A stretch of DNA of 64,000 nucleotides from a virus. The first letter of the stretch is position 1, and the number at the start of each line of letters is the position of its first letter. Below are positions 56,694 to 64,000 of the stretch, one piece after another. The position numbers were made by a program, and so were the translations under genes. A model generated the notes under the pieces. It was not told the origin of the DNA. It saw nothing but the letters and a program-made list of their open reading frames with translations, and searched no databases. The stretch is from IMG/VR virus record IMGVR_UViG_3300037248_000024, positions 1 through 64,000 of that record. One strand, 5' to 3'.

Positions 56694-57623
56694 TCACGCC
56701 ATGTGCTCCACACAAACCGCGCGCTGAAACTTCCCATCCAGCCGCATTCGAGGTGCGAAGCCGCCGCACCAATACCAGGACTGCGCGATGATCTGTTGCA
56801 ACCGATCGACCGGCGCGCGGGTGACCATGGCGACGCCATCCACCAGTTCCGTTATTGCGTTCGCCGGTCTGAAGTCATCAGCGAGCATCCCGGCGCGATC
56901 TGCTTCAACTAGCGCGCCCGCGCCGCAAATATATATTCGCCGCACGAGGCGCTGACTCAGGGCCGGGTGTTGCTCAACAAACCATTCCGTGGTCGGCAGA
57001 AAACGAACGCCCAGGAAATCGTTGACCATTCCCTTGCGGAAGACCTGGTTGGCCGATGCCGCACCTTGAAACAATGCCCTAAAGTCAGGATCGGAGAACA
57101 ACTGACGGGCCGAAACCGGGTCCAGGTGGCAGTTAAACGCTCCATCGATTTGCGGAACACCAGCATTCAAAAGTTCCGCGACGCCATCAAGCAGCGCTTG
57201 CATGGTCAGAAGATCGCCAGCCAACAATTCAGCCGTTTCGCTCCGGCGATTGACACGGAACACTGAATCCGGGTCGGCTTCGAAGCCGCGGCGCAAGGCG
57301 TTCCGAGCGAGTTCGTCGAGGCTTCGCGCGGCCTGTTCGCCGTTGGTGTATGCGTTTTGTAAGAACTGGCTGGCGATGCCAACGCGCGCGACCATCATAT
57401 TGAGGTCGCTGATGGCGGCATAGTGATTGACCTGAAATTCCGCGATTTCGTTGCCGGCTGTAAAATCACCCTCCTGACCGATACCCACATCCGTATCAAT
57501 ACGATCAGCACAGAGCCGGTAGGATTTACGTGAGTTCAGCGCCTGCTCGAACTCGCGCGCCAGGAACCCTTGCTGGATGAGAGGTTGAAGCATGGCGGGG
57601 AAGTTTCGGATATTGTCTTTCAT
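56694..57623 (-). CDS. Second, shortened major-capsid-like protein (DUF4043/N4-gp56-like)
   Basis: NFPAMLQPLIQQGFLAREFEQAL, VGIASQFLQNA..GEQAARSLDELARNAL, LDPVSARQLFSDPDF, PVDRLQQIIAQSWYW, RAVCVEH; recalled from Acetobacteraceae prophage capsids. Confidence 0.7.
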   Translation of the reverse strand: MKDNIRNFPAMLQPLIQQGFLAREFEQALNSRKSYRLCADRIDTDVGIGQEGDFTAGNEIAEFQVNHYAAISDLNMMVARVGIASQFLQNAYTNGEQAARSLDELARNALRRGFEADPDSVFRVNRRSETAELLAGDLLTMQALLDGVAELLNAGVPQIDGAFNCHLDPVSARQLFSDPDFRALFQGAASANQVFRKGMVNDFLGVRFLPTTEWFVEQHPALSQRLVRRIYICGAGALVEADRAGMLADDFRPANAITELVDGVAMVTRAPVDRLQQIIAQSWYWCGGFAPRMRLDGKFQRAVCVEHMA

Positions 57624-57946
57624 CGTGACATTCCTTCCATTCTCAGAAACGCCTCTTTCGCCTCATCGGGTGCCTTTGGCAGCAGCCGGACCATCACCGG
57701 GCCATTCCTCATATTGCCTGTCATCAATCCATGCAAAGCGGACATTTCGGTCGTATTCAGGTTGCGCCACTTCTGAATGTCGTAATTTCCGAACAGGATG
57801 CCGCGAGGGTCTCCGCGTTGCTTTCGGCCAACACTAAACCCACGAGCGGCGAGCCACGCCTCCGCTTCTCTGCAAGCGGCAAAATCGCCCGGCTTATCAA
57901 ATCGGATGCCGTGGCGGAGAAGTTCTGTTTTAACTGAATCGTCCAT
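57620..57946 (-). CDS. Conserved phage protein
   Basis: FDKPGDFAA..GFSVG..PRGILFG.YDIQKWRNL..G.MRNGPV. Confidence 0.6.
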   Translation of the reverse strand: MDDSVKTELLRHGIRFDKPGDFAACREAEAWLAARGFSVGRKQRGDPRGILFGNYDIQKWRNLNTTEMSALHGLMTGNMRNGPVMVRLLPKAPDEAKEAFLRMEGMSR

Positions 57947-58608
57947 GGTTACTTTCCCTCCGCCTCCGCCAGTTCCCGCCCCGCCGCGCGCACCCCGAAC
58001 GTCAACGCATACTCACACCCGGCATGCCTCCGCTCACGAACGACTGATGTCCCATCCGCGAAAACATACCGGATGCGCGGACCAATGGCCTCGGCTGATG
58101 CGACGGAATGCCAGTCCGGTGCGCCGTCCCCCTTCCACGAAACCGGGATGCCGCGCGCGATGGCGGCGTTGATCTCGTGCGCCTCATGGGCGGCGAGTTG
58201 TGCGCTGGTGCGCTGGACGCCTCTGACGTAGGGGTGAGGGCCGTCATCGTGCCAGACCGGGCGTGGGGCGGTCGGGCGTGGCAACGCCGCCAGCCGCTCA
58301 CGGGAGGCGTCGGAGAGGGCGGCGATGCGGGGGGAGAGGGGGATCACGTCGCGTCCACCACTTCAGAGATCGGCTCAATGGCGACATCGGAAAGTGAGGC
58401 AGCGTGTAATCTGTCCCGCACTGATCGTGCGGCGATCGTGGCCATACGGACGCAATGCGCATTATGACCAGGACACCGATTAAGCGCCGGGTCTTCTGCC
58501 ATTATTTCGCTGAGTTGTCTGTCTATATCCAAAAGGTGGTTCAGCATTGATTCCACGTCGCTTCGGGTGAGAGTGTTCATAATTACCTCGCTATTGACTG
58601 GCCCGGAA

Positions 58609-58923
58609 CTATGGGGCGATTCCTGAGTTGTAATCTTCCTCATGGTTTGGTCCCATTTCGCTCTCAAGCCACGCCTTGTATTCATCGCTCGCATCACCAA
58701 GGCATGCCCGGAATTCCATTTCGCCGTTATCCCACCGGGCAATATAAACTTTGACGGGCGTGCCTTTCAGAATACGGACAACCTGATCCAGAACCCATGC
58801 CTTGTGGTGGTCTCCGTCGATTTGTCCGTATTGCTCGATCCAATGGAGCGCCCATTGCTCTTTGGTGCAGCCCGCGAATGGGCCGTCATCATCGATCAAT
58901 GTTTCACCAAGATAGCCTTCCAT
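58609..58923 (-). CDS. Conserved phage protein
   Basis: YGQIDGDHHKAWVLDQVVR..GIAP. Confidence 0.6.
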   Translation of the reverse strand: MEGYLGETLIDDDGPFAGCTKEQWALHWIEQYGQIDGDHHKAWVLDQVVRILKGTPVKVYIARWDNGEMEFRACLGDASDEYKAWLESEMGPNHEEDYNSGIAP

Positions 58924-59084
58924 TACGGCCACTCCCCTTCCCTCTCCATCGCCCGATCCATCTCCTCATCAGGAACACACTCGGTATCCACCACGTCGCC
59001 GGGCGCCATCACCTCCGCGAGGTGCCAGCACACACCGACAGCGGGACACGCCAGCGGGCCGGTGCCGCGGACGATGGCGCGCGG

Positions 59085-59260
59085 GGTCTGGGCGAGGGCG
59101 CAGATTGACATGCTCTGCTCCTTTCGGATTCAGATTTCCGAAGCTCGACATCAAGCCGTCCTCCGGATGCTTCCTGCTTCGTCCGGTCCTTTAGGAGGAT
59201 GTCCGTCCACAGGCTTCAACGCGCTGTCCGCGCGCCGTAGTATGATGATCGCCGCGTTGG
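59085..59260 (-). ncRNA. Putative TnpB omegaRNA (scaffold ending at ATGTCAA/59105, guide about 59104-59085)
   Basis: Overlaps tnpB 3' end; GGAAATCTGAATCCGAAAGGAGCAGAGCATGTCAA resembles IS200/IS605 right ends; 5' limit is approximate. Confidence 0.6.
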
Positions 59261-60356
59261 TGTCGGCATTGGCTTCGTATCCGCATCCTGTGCAGACAAA
59301 CCGTACCTGATCCTGTCGGCTTCGTGCATCCACCACGCCACATTCAGCGCACGTCTGGCTTGTGTATGCGGCTGGAACTTCGATGAGCCTGCCACCACGA
59401 TCCGCCAGCTTGTAGGCCAGCATGGTCCGGAAACCGCCCCATCCCTGATCCAGAATGGCACGGTTCAGCGCTGCCTTTTGCCGGACCATCCTGCCCGGTT
59501 CGGCTGCGGTGCCTTTCGCAGATGCGGTCATGTTCCGCACCTTCAATGCCTCCAAAACGACAGCGCCGTGGTTCTTGGCGATGTCAGTTGAAACCTTATG
59601 GAGGAAGTTCTTACGGGCGTTCGCCACCCGCATCTGTATCTTCGCCACGCGGCGGATGGCCTTGCGGCGATTGGACGAACCGCGCTTCTTGCGGCTCAGG
59701 TCGCGTTGCGCCTTCCGGAGCGCCCGGAGCGCCTTTTTGCCGCAGTTCACCGGGGCGATGTTGACGCCGTTGGACAACGCGGCGAATACAGCGACGCCGC
59801 GATCAATTCCGACCGCTGGCAGAGTGGATGGCGCTGGATCAACTATCTTGTGCTGCCATTGAACGGAGACGCGCCATTGTCCCGCGTGGCGTGAGACAGT
59901 CGCGTTGCGAATGTCTCCAACAACGCGGCGCCAACCTCGAAATGAAATCCACCCTAGTTTTGGCAGTTTAATACGTCCAGAAGAGTTGCCGGTGCGTTCA
60001 ATCCTAAAGGCCTCCGGGTGCGGAAACCGAAAGCTATCATTCAACCCCTTCTTACGCGGCGTTGGGTACCCGGAACGACTCTTCCACCAGTTCTGATAGG
60101 CTTTGTTGAGGTCCATCATCACCTGATGCAACGCATCCGCCGGTACATCCCTAATCCAATCAACTTGCCTTCGAAGCATGGTGACTTCACGGCACTGACT
60201 GGCAAAATTGATCCCCCGTCCGGCGCGGCCAAAAGTCCGCCGCTGTTCCAAGGCGAGGTTGTAGACGAACCGGCACGCACCCGCGAATCGCGCCATTTTC
60301 TGCGATTGCTCGGATGTCGGGTAGAGCCGATAGGTGTTGGCCTTGCGAATAATCAT
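59151..60356 (-). CDS. tnpB: TnpB RNA-guided endonuclease (IS200/IS605 family), no tnpA
   Basis: YRLYPT..GACRFVYN; RuvC VGIDRG, VLEAL, NADTNAA; Zn ribbon TSQTCAECG..CTGCG. Confidence 0.92.
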   Translation of the reverse strand: MIIRKANTYRLYPTSEQSQKMARFAGACRFVYNLALEQRRTFGRAGRGINFASQCREVTMLRRQVDWIRDVPADALHQVMMDLNKAYQNWWKSRSGYPTPRKKGLNDSFRFPHPEAFRIERTGNSSGRIKLPKLGWISFRGWRRVVGDIRNATVSRHAGQWRVSVQWQHKIVDPAPSTLPAVGIDRGVAVFAALSNGVNIAPVNCGKKALRALRKAQRDLSRKKRGSSNRRKAIRRVAKIQMRVANARKNFLHKVSTDIAKNHGAVVLEALKVRNMTASAKGTAAEPGRMVRQKAALNRAILDQGWGGFRTMLAYKLADRGGRLIEVPAAYTSQTCAECGVVDARSRQDQVRFVCTGCGYEANADTNAAIIILRRADSALKPVDGHPPKGPDEAGSIRRTA

Positions 60357-60362
60357 AGGCGC

Positions 60363-60453
60363 ACCATGCCAGACTCCAATCCGCGATGCAATAGCAAAAT
60401 CGCACAATCCGCGAAATTATTGCCTTGACCCTCCCAGGAACCTCGTATAGGAT
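60363..60453. promoter_or_regulatory. Divergent leaderless promoters with two CAATCCGCGA direct repeats
   Basis: Plus: TTGACC-N17-TAGGAT-N7-ATG(60461). Minus: TTGCAT-N17-CATGGT-N6-ATG(60356). Repeats at 60377-60386 and 60405-60414. Confidence 0.6.
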
Positions 60454-60460
60454 GCGATCC

Positions 60461-60682
60461 ATGAGCCTCAAACAGATCATCAAGGCCCAGGGCCGCACAC
60501 AACGGTGGATCGCCGGGGAACTCGGCATCTCCGAGGATACATTCTCTCGTATGATACTCGAAAAGCAGCCGTTCCCCGTCGATAAGGTCGAACCACTAGC
60601 TGACCTGCTCGGTGTTCCGGTGGTGGACGTGCTGCACGCGGTCGCACCGCCCGGTGCCACCCCACCCGCGAGCGTGTCGTGA
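60461..60682 (+). CDS. Cro-like HTH regulator
   Basis: LKQIIKAQGRTQRWIAGELGISEDTFSRM..LADLLGVPV. Confidence 0.75.
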   Translation: MSLKQIIKAQGRTQRWIAGELGISEDTFSRMILEKQPFPVDKVEPLADLLGVPVVDVLHAVAPPGATPPASVS

Positions 60683-61056
60683 CCGCCATCCTCAACGTCG
60701 CCACGCCGGAAGGCCGTGCTCTCGGTCGAGAGATTGCCCGGCTCTGCGACGGCGAATTGAAAAACAAACCCGATAACCGTTGCGGGACCTGCGCGGGTCG
60801 TGGTGGCGATCATCTCGCGAACGGTTCGCCAGCAACACTGATGTCGTTCGTCAAAAGCATCGCGGAACGAACGCCGTTCTGGTGCCATGAGCATGATCGT
60901 CCCTGCGCTGCATGGCTGGCGCTGCGGTTTTCGAAACCCGTGGAAGTGCCATGGGATCACTGTCAGGTCGCTGACGATGCGCCTTGGCTGGTGACCGGCG
61001 ATGGCGTCGTGGTGACGCCGGATGCGCGTTCGTATTCATCTTTATTGGAGTCATGA
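60679..61056 (+). CDS. Cys-motif phage protein
   Basis: RCGTCA..ANGSPATL..PFWCH..CAAW. Confidence 0.55.
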   Translation: MTAILNVATPEGRALGREIARLCDGELKNKPDNRCGTCAGRGGDHLANGSPATLMSFVKSIAERTPFWCHEHDRPCAAWLALRFSKPVEVPWDHCQVADDAPWLVTGDGVVVTPDARSYSSLLES

Positions 61057-61418
61057 CCATGCCGTTCGATCCTGAAATCCCTCTCCGCGACACGCCAACG
61101 GTTCATCCGAGGTGGCGGGAGATTGCCACGCTTCACAATATGAAGGCTCGCCTTTCCAACCCCGACCAATGGTGTCGAGGAAGGCTGTTCGATGGCGCGG
61201 CGTCTTGTCTCGTCGGTTCGCTGTGGCTTTCAAATGGTATTGCCGATCCGACGGAATGGTCACAAATGCCGATCAGCGGCCAGCAAATATATGACCGGCT
61301 GAGAAAACTCACGGCGCGGAGAGATGTCGCGAGTTTCAATGATGATCCCGCCGTCTCTCATGACGATGTCATGGGTCTTTTGGAGATGGCGTTGCAATCG
61401 TTTGAGATGGAGTCCTGA
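61053..61418 (+). CDS. DUF6197-like protein
   Basis: WCRG..CLVGSL..VASFNDDP..HDDV. Confidence 0.55.
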   Translation: MTMPFDPEIPLRDTPTVHPRWREIATLHNMKARLSNPDQWCRGRLFDGAASCLVGSLWLSNGIADPTEWSQMPISGQQIYDRLRKLTARRDVASFNDDPAVSHDDVMGLLEMALQSFEMES

Positions 61419-61420
61419 TC

Positions 61421-61750
61421 ATGCCCCGCGATGTCCCGTTGAACTTCCCCGAAACCGAAGCCGCGCCGGACCTGAGCGTGCCGACGCTGCGGGGGTTGGC
61501 GTGGTTGTTACGGCACAAAGAGATGTGGCCAAAAAACCATAGATGGGACTTTAAGGAGTGCGATACGTGCGCGATCGGACTCTCTCAAAGAATGTGGCCC
61601 GGAACCAATGCGATAAAACTCACGGGCGATTACGATATGGCACGGTATTTTTTCAATCGGAGATCGTATCTTCCGGTGGTGGTCGCGCACGTTACCCCAG
61701 AAATGGTAGCGGATCGGATCGACCAATGCCTTACCCGGAGCGCCACCTGA
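61421..61750 (+). CDS. Hypothetical protein
   Basis: GGAG RBS; VTPEMVADRI. Confidence 0.5.
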   Translation: MPRDVPLNFPETEAAPDLSVPTLRGLAWLLRHKEMWPKNHRWDFKECDTCAIGLSQRMWPGTNAIKLTGDYDMARYFFNRRSYLPVVVAHVTPEMVADRIDQCLTRSAT

Positions 61751-61965
61751 TGCCCACCGGCACCGTCAAATGGTACAGTTCCGAGAAGGGTTACGGCTTC
61801 ATTTCCCCGGACAACAACACCGGCGGACGGGACCATTTTGTTCATCGCACCGCCCTGGCCCGCGCCAACATCGCCACGCTCCATGAAGGCCAGCGCGTCG
61901 AATACGAACTGGAACGCGACGACAGGACGGGGAAGGTGGCGGCGGTGGGGTTGAGGGTGGTGTGA
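61750..61965 (+). CDS. cspA: Cold-shock domain protein
   Basis: GTVKWYSSEKGYGFISPD..DHFVH..LHEGQRVEYE. Confidence 0.9.
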   Translation: MPTGTVKWYSSEKGYGFISPDNNTGGRDHFVHRTALARANIATLHEGQRVEYELERDDRTGKVAAVGLRVV

Positions 61966-62183
61966 TGGGCGCTTCCGAATATCTTCGCGGCAATACCAAT
62001 CGTTACCGGCCGAATCATAAGCCGGAGACTATTGGTTATGCCCGGCATCTTTGGGATCATGATTGGTCGGCGTCGGAAATAGCGGCGCAGATCGAACTCA
62101 GCCGGAACGCGATTTGCGCCATCGCGAGACGGAATGATTTCGCGGAGCGCGGGTCTCCGATAAAGAGACGAACCAATGGGTAA
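61965..62183 (+). CDS. GcrA-like N-terminal HTH protein
   Basis: LWDHDWSASEIAAQIELSRNAICAIARR..RGSPIK. Confidence 0.7.
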   Translation: MGASEYLRGNTNRYRPNHKPETIGYARHLWDHDWSASEIAAQIELSRNAICAIARRNDFAERGSPIKRRTNG

Positions 62184-63003
62184 GGCCATGGGCTCAAACG
62201 CACGGGCCTATCCAATGGGCGGCATGGCACGCTACCGCAACGTCCCGATGACGGAGCCGGTGCCGCGTCATCGTGTGGGGTTGGTCGCCGATAGCGTGGC
62301 CCTCCTGGAAAATCGTTCCATCCACCAGAGTTATGTTTTTGACGCGGAAGACCGCGAACGAGTGCTGATTGATGGCATCAACAACGCCAAGATCGGAAAT
62401 CGCGTCACCAAAGGCCCGTGGAGGGGGATGCGAATTTTTACCCTGGCACTTGAAGAACGCGCAACCTGTCCGGCGTCATGTTCTCTGCTTCGGGAATGCT
62501 ACGGAAACGGAATGCCTGTCGCGGTTCGGTTCCGGCATACACCTTCTCTCATGGCGCGGCTGGACGAAGAATTAGCTGTGCTTGACGATAAGTATCAGAA
62601 CGGCTTTGTCGTTCGTCTCCATGTGTTGGGTGATTTCCCCACCGCGCTTTATGTTCGGCATTGGGAAGTCTGGTCTGATGAATTTCCGGCGCTTCATGTC
62701 TGGGGCTATACGGCACATCCGCGCGATAGCGAAATAGGCCGCTTGATCGCTGGCATGAATGACCACAGGCCAGACCGCTGGTCGATTCGTTTCAGTGTGC
62801 CTACAGATGTCAGGTGGTCGCCCATGCAAGCCGCCACGATCTGGACGCCGGAAGAAATGCACACGCCGCTTGACGCATTGGTGTGCCCACAAGAGTTAGG
62901 AAAGACGCAGACCTGCGGGACATGCGCGCTTTGCTGGTCTCCGGCAATGAAAGATACACGGATTCTGTTTCTTGGACACGGCGGCAGGGGGCACAAGAAA
63001 TGA
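62176..63003 (+). CDS. GP88-like Cys-rich phage protein
   Basis: TCPASC..CYG, VRLHVLGDF, WGYT, VCP..TCGTCALCW. Confidence 0.65.
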   Translation: MGKAMGSNARAYPMGGMARYRNVPMTEPVPRHRVGLVADSVALLENRSIHQSYVFDAEDRERVLIDGINNAKIGNRVTKGPWRGMRIFTLALEERATCPASCSLLRECYGNGMPVAVRFRHTPSLMARLDEELAVLDDKYQNGFVVRLHVLGDFPTALYVRHWEVWSDEFPALHVWGYTAHPRDSEIGRLIAGMNDHRPDRWSIRFSVPTDVRWSPMQAATIWTPEEMHTPLDALVCPQELGKTQTCGTCALCWSPAMKDTRILFLGHGGRGHKK

Positions 63004-63299
63004 TAACCATCCCAGACATTCAGTTCGCCGTGGCGAGTGAGTTCAGCGTCTCCATGGCAGACATGGTGGAACGCCAACGTTCGGCGCGTATCGCGAGGCC
63101 GCGTCAGGTCGCGATGTATTTGTCTCGTCTTCTGACGGGACAAAAGTTCGTGGCGATAGCCTCGCATTTCGGTGACCGGCATCACACAACGATCATCCAC
63201 GCGATCAACCGTGTTGGCTGGTTTATTGAAGAAGACATGACATTCGCGAGCATCGTCGCCGGTCTTGAATACCGGCTTCGCGGTATGCGTGACGCCTGA
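63000..63299 (+). CDS. Stand-alone DnaA C-terminal (DnaA-box-binding) domain
   Basis: RSARIARPRQVAMYLSR.LT..IASHFGDRHHTTIIHA. Confidence 0.85.
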   Translation: MITIPDIQFAVASEFSVSMADMVERQRSARIARPRQVAMYLSRLLTGQKFVAIASHFGDRHHTTIIHAINRVGWFIEEDMTFASIVAGLEYRLRGMRDA

Positions 63300-63345
63300 C
63301 CAAAACCGAAGCCGCCCGGTCGCGCGGCACATGAGAAGGAATGAG

Positions 63346-63624
63346 ATGATGACCAAACCATTGACCGTGACTTTCAATATCGACCAGCCAGACAACATTC
63401 TGGAACGTGGCGCCGTGCTGACCGATACCGCTAAGGCCGTCGAAGCCTTCAAGACCTCGATGGAAGGGGCCAAGCATAAGCTGACGGTGACGACGACCGA
63501 GGGCGAGCCGGAGGTGAAAACGCGCAAGCCGCGCACCGTTCATCCGGTGGCCGACGCTCCGGCGCAACCGCCCGTCGTGAAGCCGCGTTCGTTGCATGGC
63601 GATGCTGATACGAAAGTCGCCTGA
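63346..63624 (+). CDS. Hypothetical protein
   Basis: AAGGAA RBS. Confidence 0.5.
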   Translation: MMTKPLTVTFNIDQPDNILERGAVLTDTAKAVEAFKTSMEGAKHKLTVTTTEGEPEVKTRKPRTVHPVADAPAQPPVVKPRSLHGDADTKVA

Positions 63625-63668
63625 ACACACCGCCCGCGCCTCTCGCGCGGGTCATGGAGGGAAAGAGA

Positions 63669-64000
63669 ATGGCCAGCCCCGGTTCACTCACCGCGCGGAT
63701 CGTCGCGGAAGGCGGCACGGTAACGCAAGGTTTCCTTGTGCCGATCGATCATATCCACGTCGAACCGGGGTTCAACCTTCGAATCCCCGGTCCTGACCTG
63801 GATGCCCATATCCGCTGGCTCGCGGATCAGATCAAGCGCGTTGGGTTCGACAGCACGCAACCCCTGGCCGTGATCCGGCATCCCGAACTGGATGGTCATG
63901 TCATCATCCGCAAGGGGCATTGCCGATACCAGGGCGCCGTTCTGGCCAGGAAAGAGGGGCGCGAAATCGTCGCGCTACCCTGTCTGCCGGAACCGCGCGG
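63669..64000 (+). CDS. ParB/Srx-like protein (3' truncated by window edge)
   Basis: IHVEPGFNLR..LADQIK..G..QPLAV..IIRKGHCRY; frame open to window end. Confidence 0.7.
   Translation, partial: MASPGSLTARIVAEGGTVTQGFLVPIDHIHVEPGFNLRIPGPDLDAHIRWLADQIKRVGFDSTQPLAVIRHPELDGHVIIRKGHCRYQGAVLARKEGREIVALPCLPEPR

Noticed and set aside
59151-60356. Nuclease-dead TnpB (TldR) or RNA-guided partner of the sigma factor
   Set aside because: All three RuvC acidic residues are present and the sigma gene is about 19 kb away
1-64000. CRISPR array, reverse transcriptase, diversity-generating retroelement or retron
   Set aside because: No regularly spaced repeats and no reverse transcriptase motifs seen

Overview
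The whole window reads as part of one tailed-phage genome, probably a podovirus-like phage of an alphaproteobacterial (Acetobacteraceae-like) host; no host chromosomal DNA is evident. Layout: 1-34.9 kb (+) virion module (scaffold-like protein, capsid, HNH insertion, adaptor and nozzle, fibres, GNAT-like pair, SLT-bearing ejection protein, 2668-aa polyvalent protein, exported fibre-like proteins); 35.5-38.5 kb (-) two tRNAs and a YfaP-like gene pair; 39-40 kb (-) a GcrA-like/EcfG-like sigma fusion; 40.1-48.5 kb (+) small regulators, dispersed lysis genes, nucleotidase and C5 methyltransferase; 48.5-60.4 kb (-) accessory operon headed by tnpB and containing a second, shortened capsid-like gene; 60.5-64 kb (+) Cro-like, cold-shock, GcrA-like, GP88-like, DnaA-C and ParB-like genes. 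No terminase, portal, integrase, cI or DNA polymerase is recognisable. The strongest leads are the foreign shortened capsid protein (possible assembly poison or decoy), Sec/Tat signals on fibre-like proteins, a recurrent xAxGG tag on internal virion proteins, the GcrA-EcfG sigma fusion on a palindromic bidirectional promoter, and TnpB where a repressor would normally sit. All family assignments are motif recognition from memory, not database searches.
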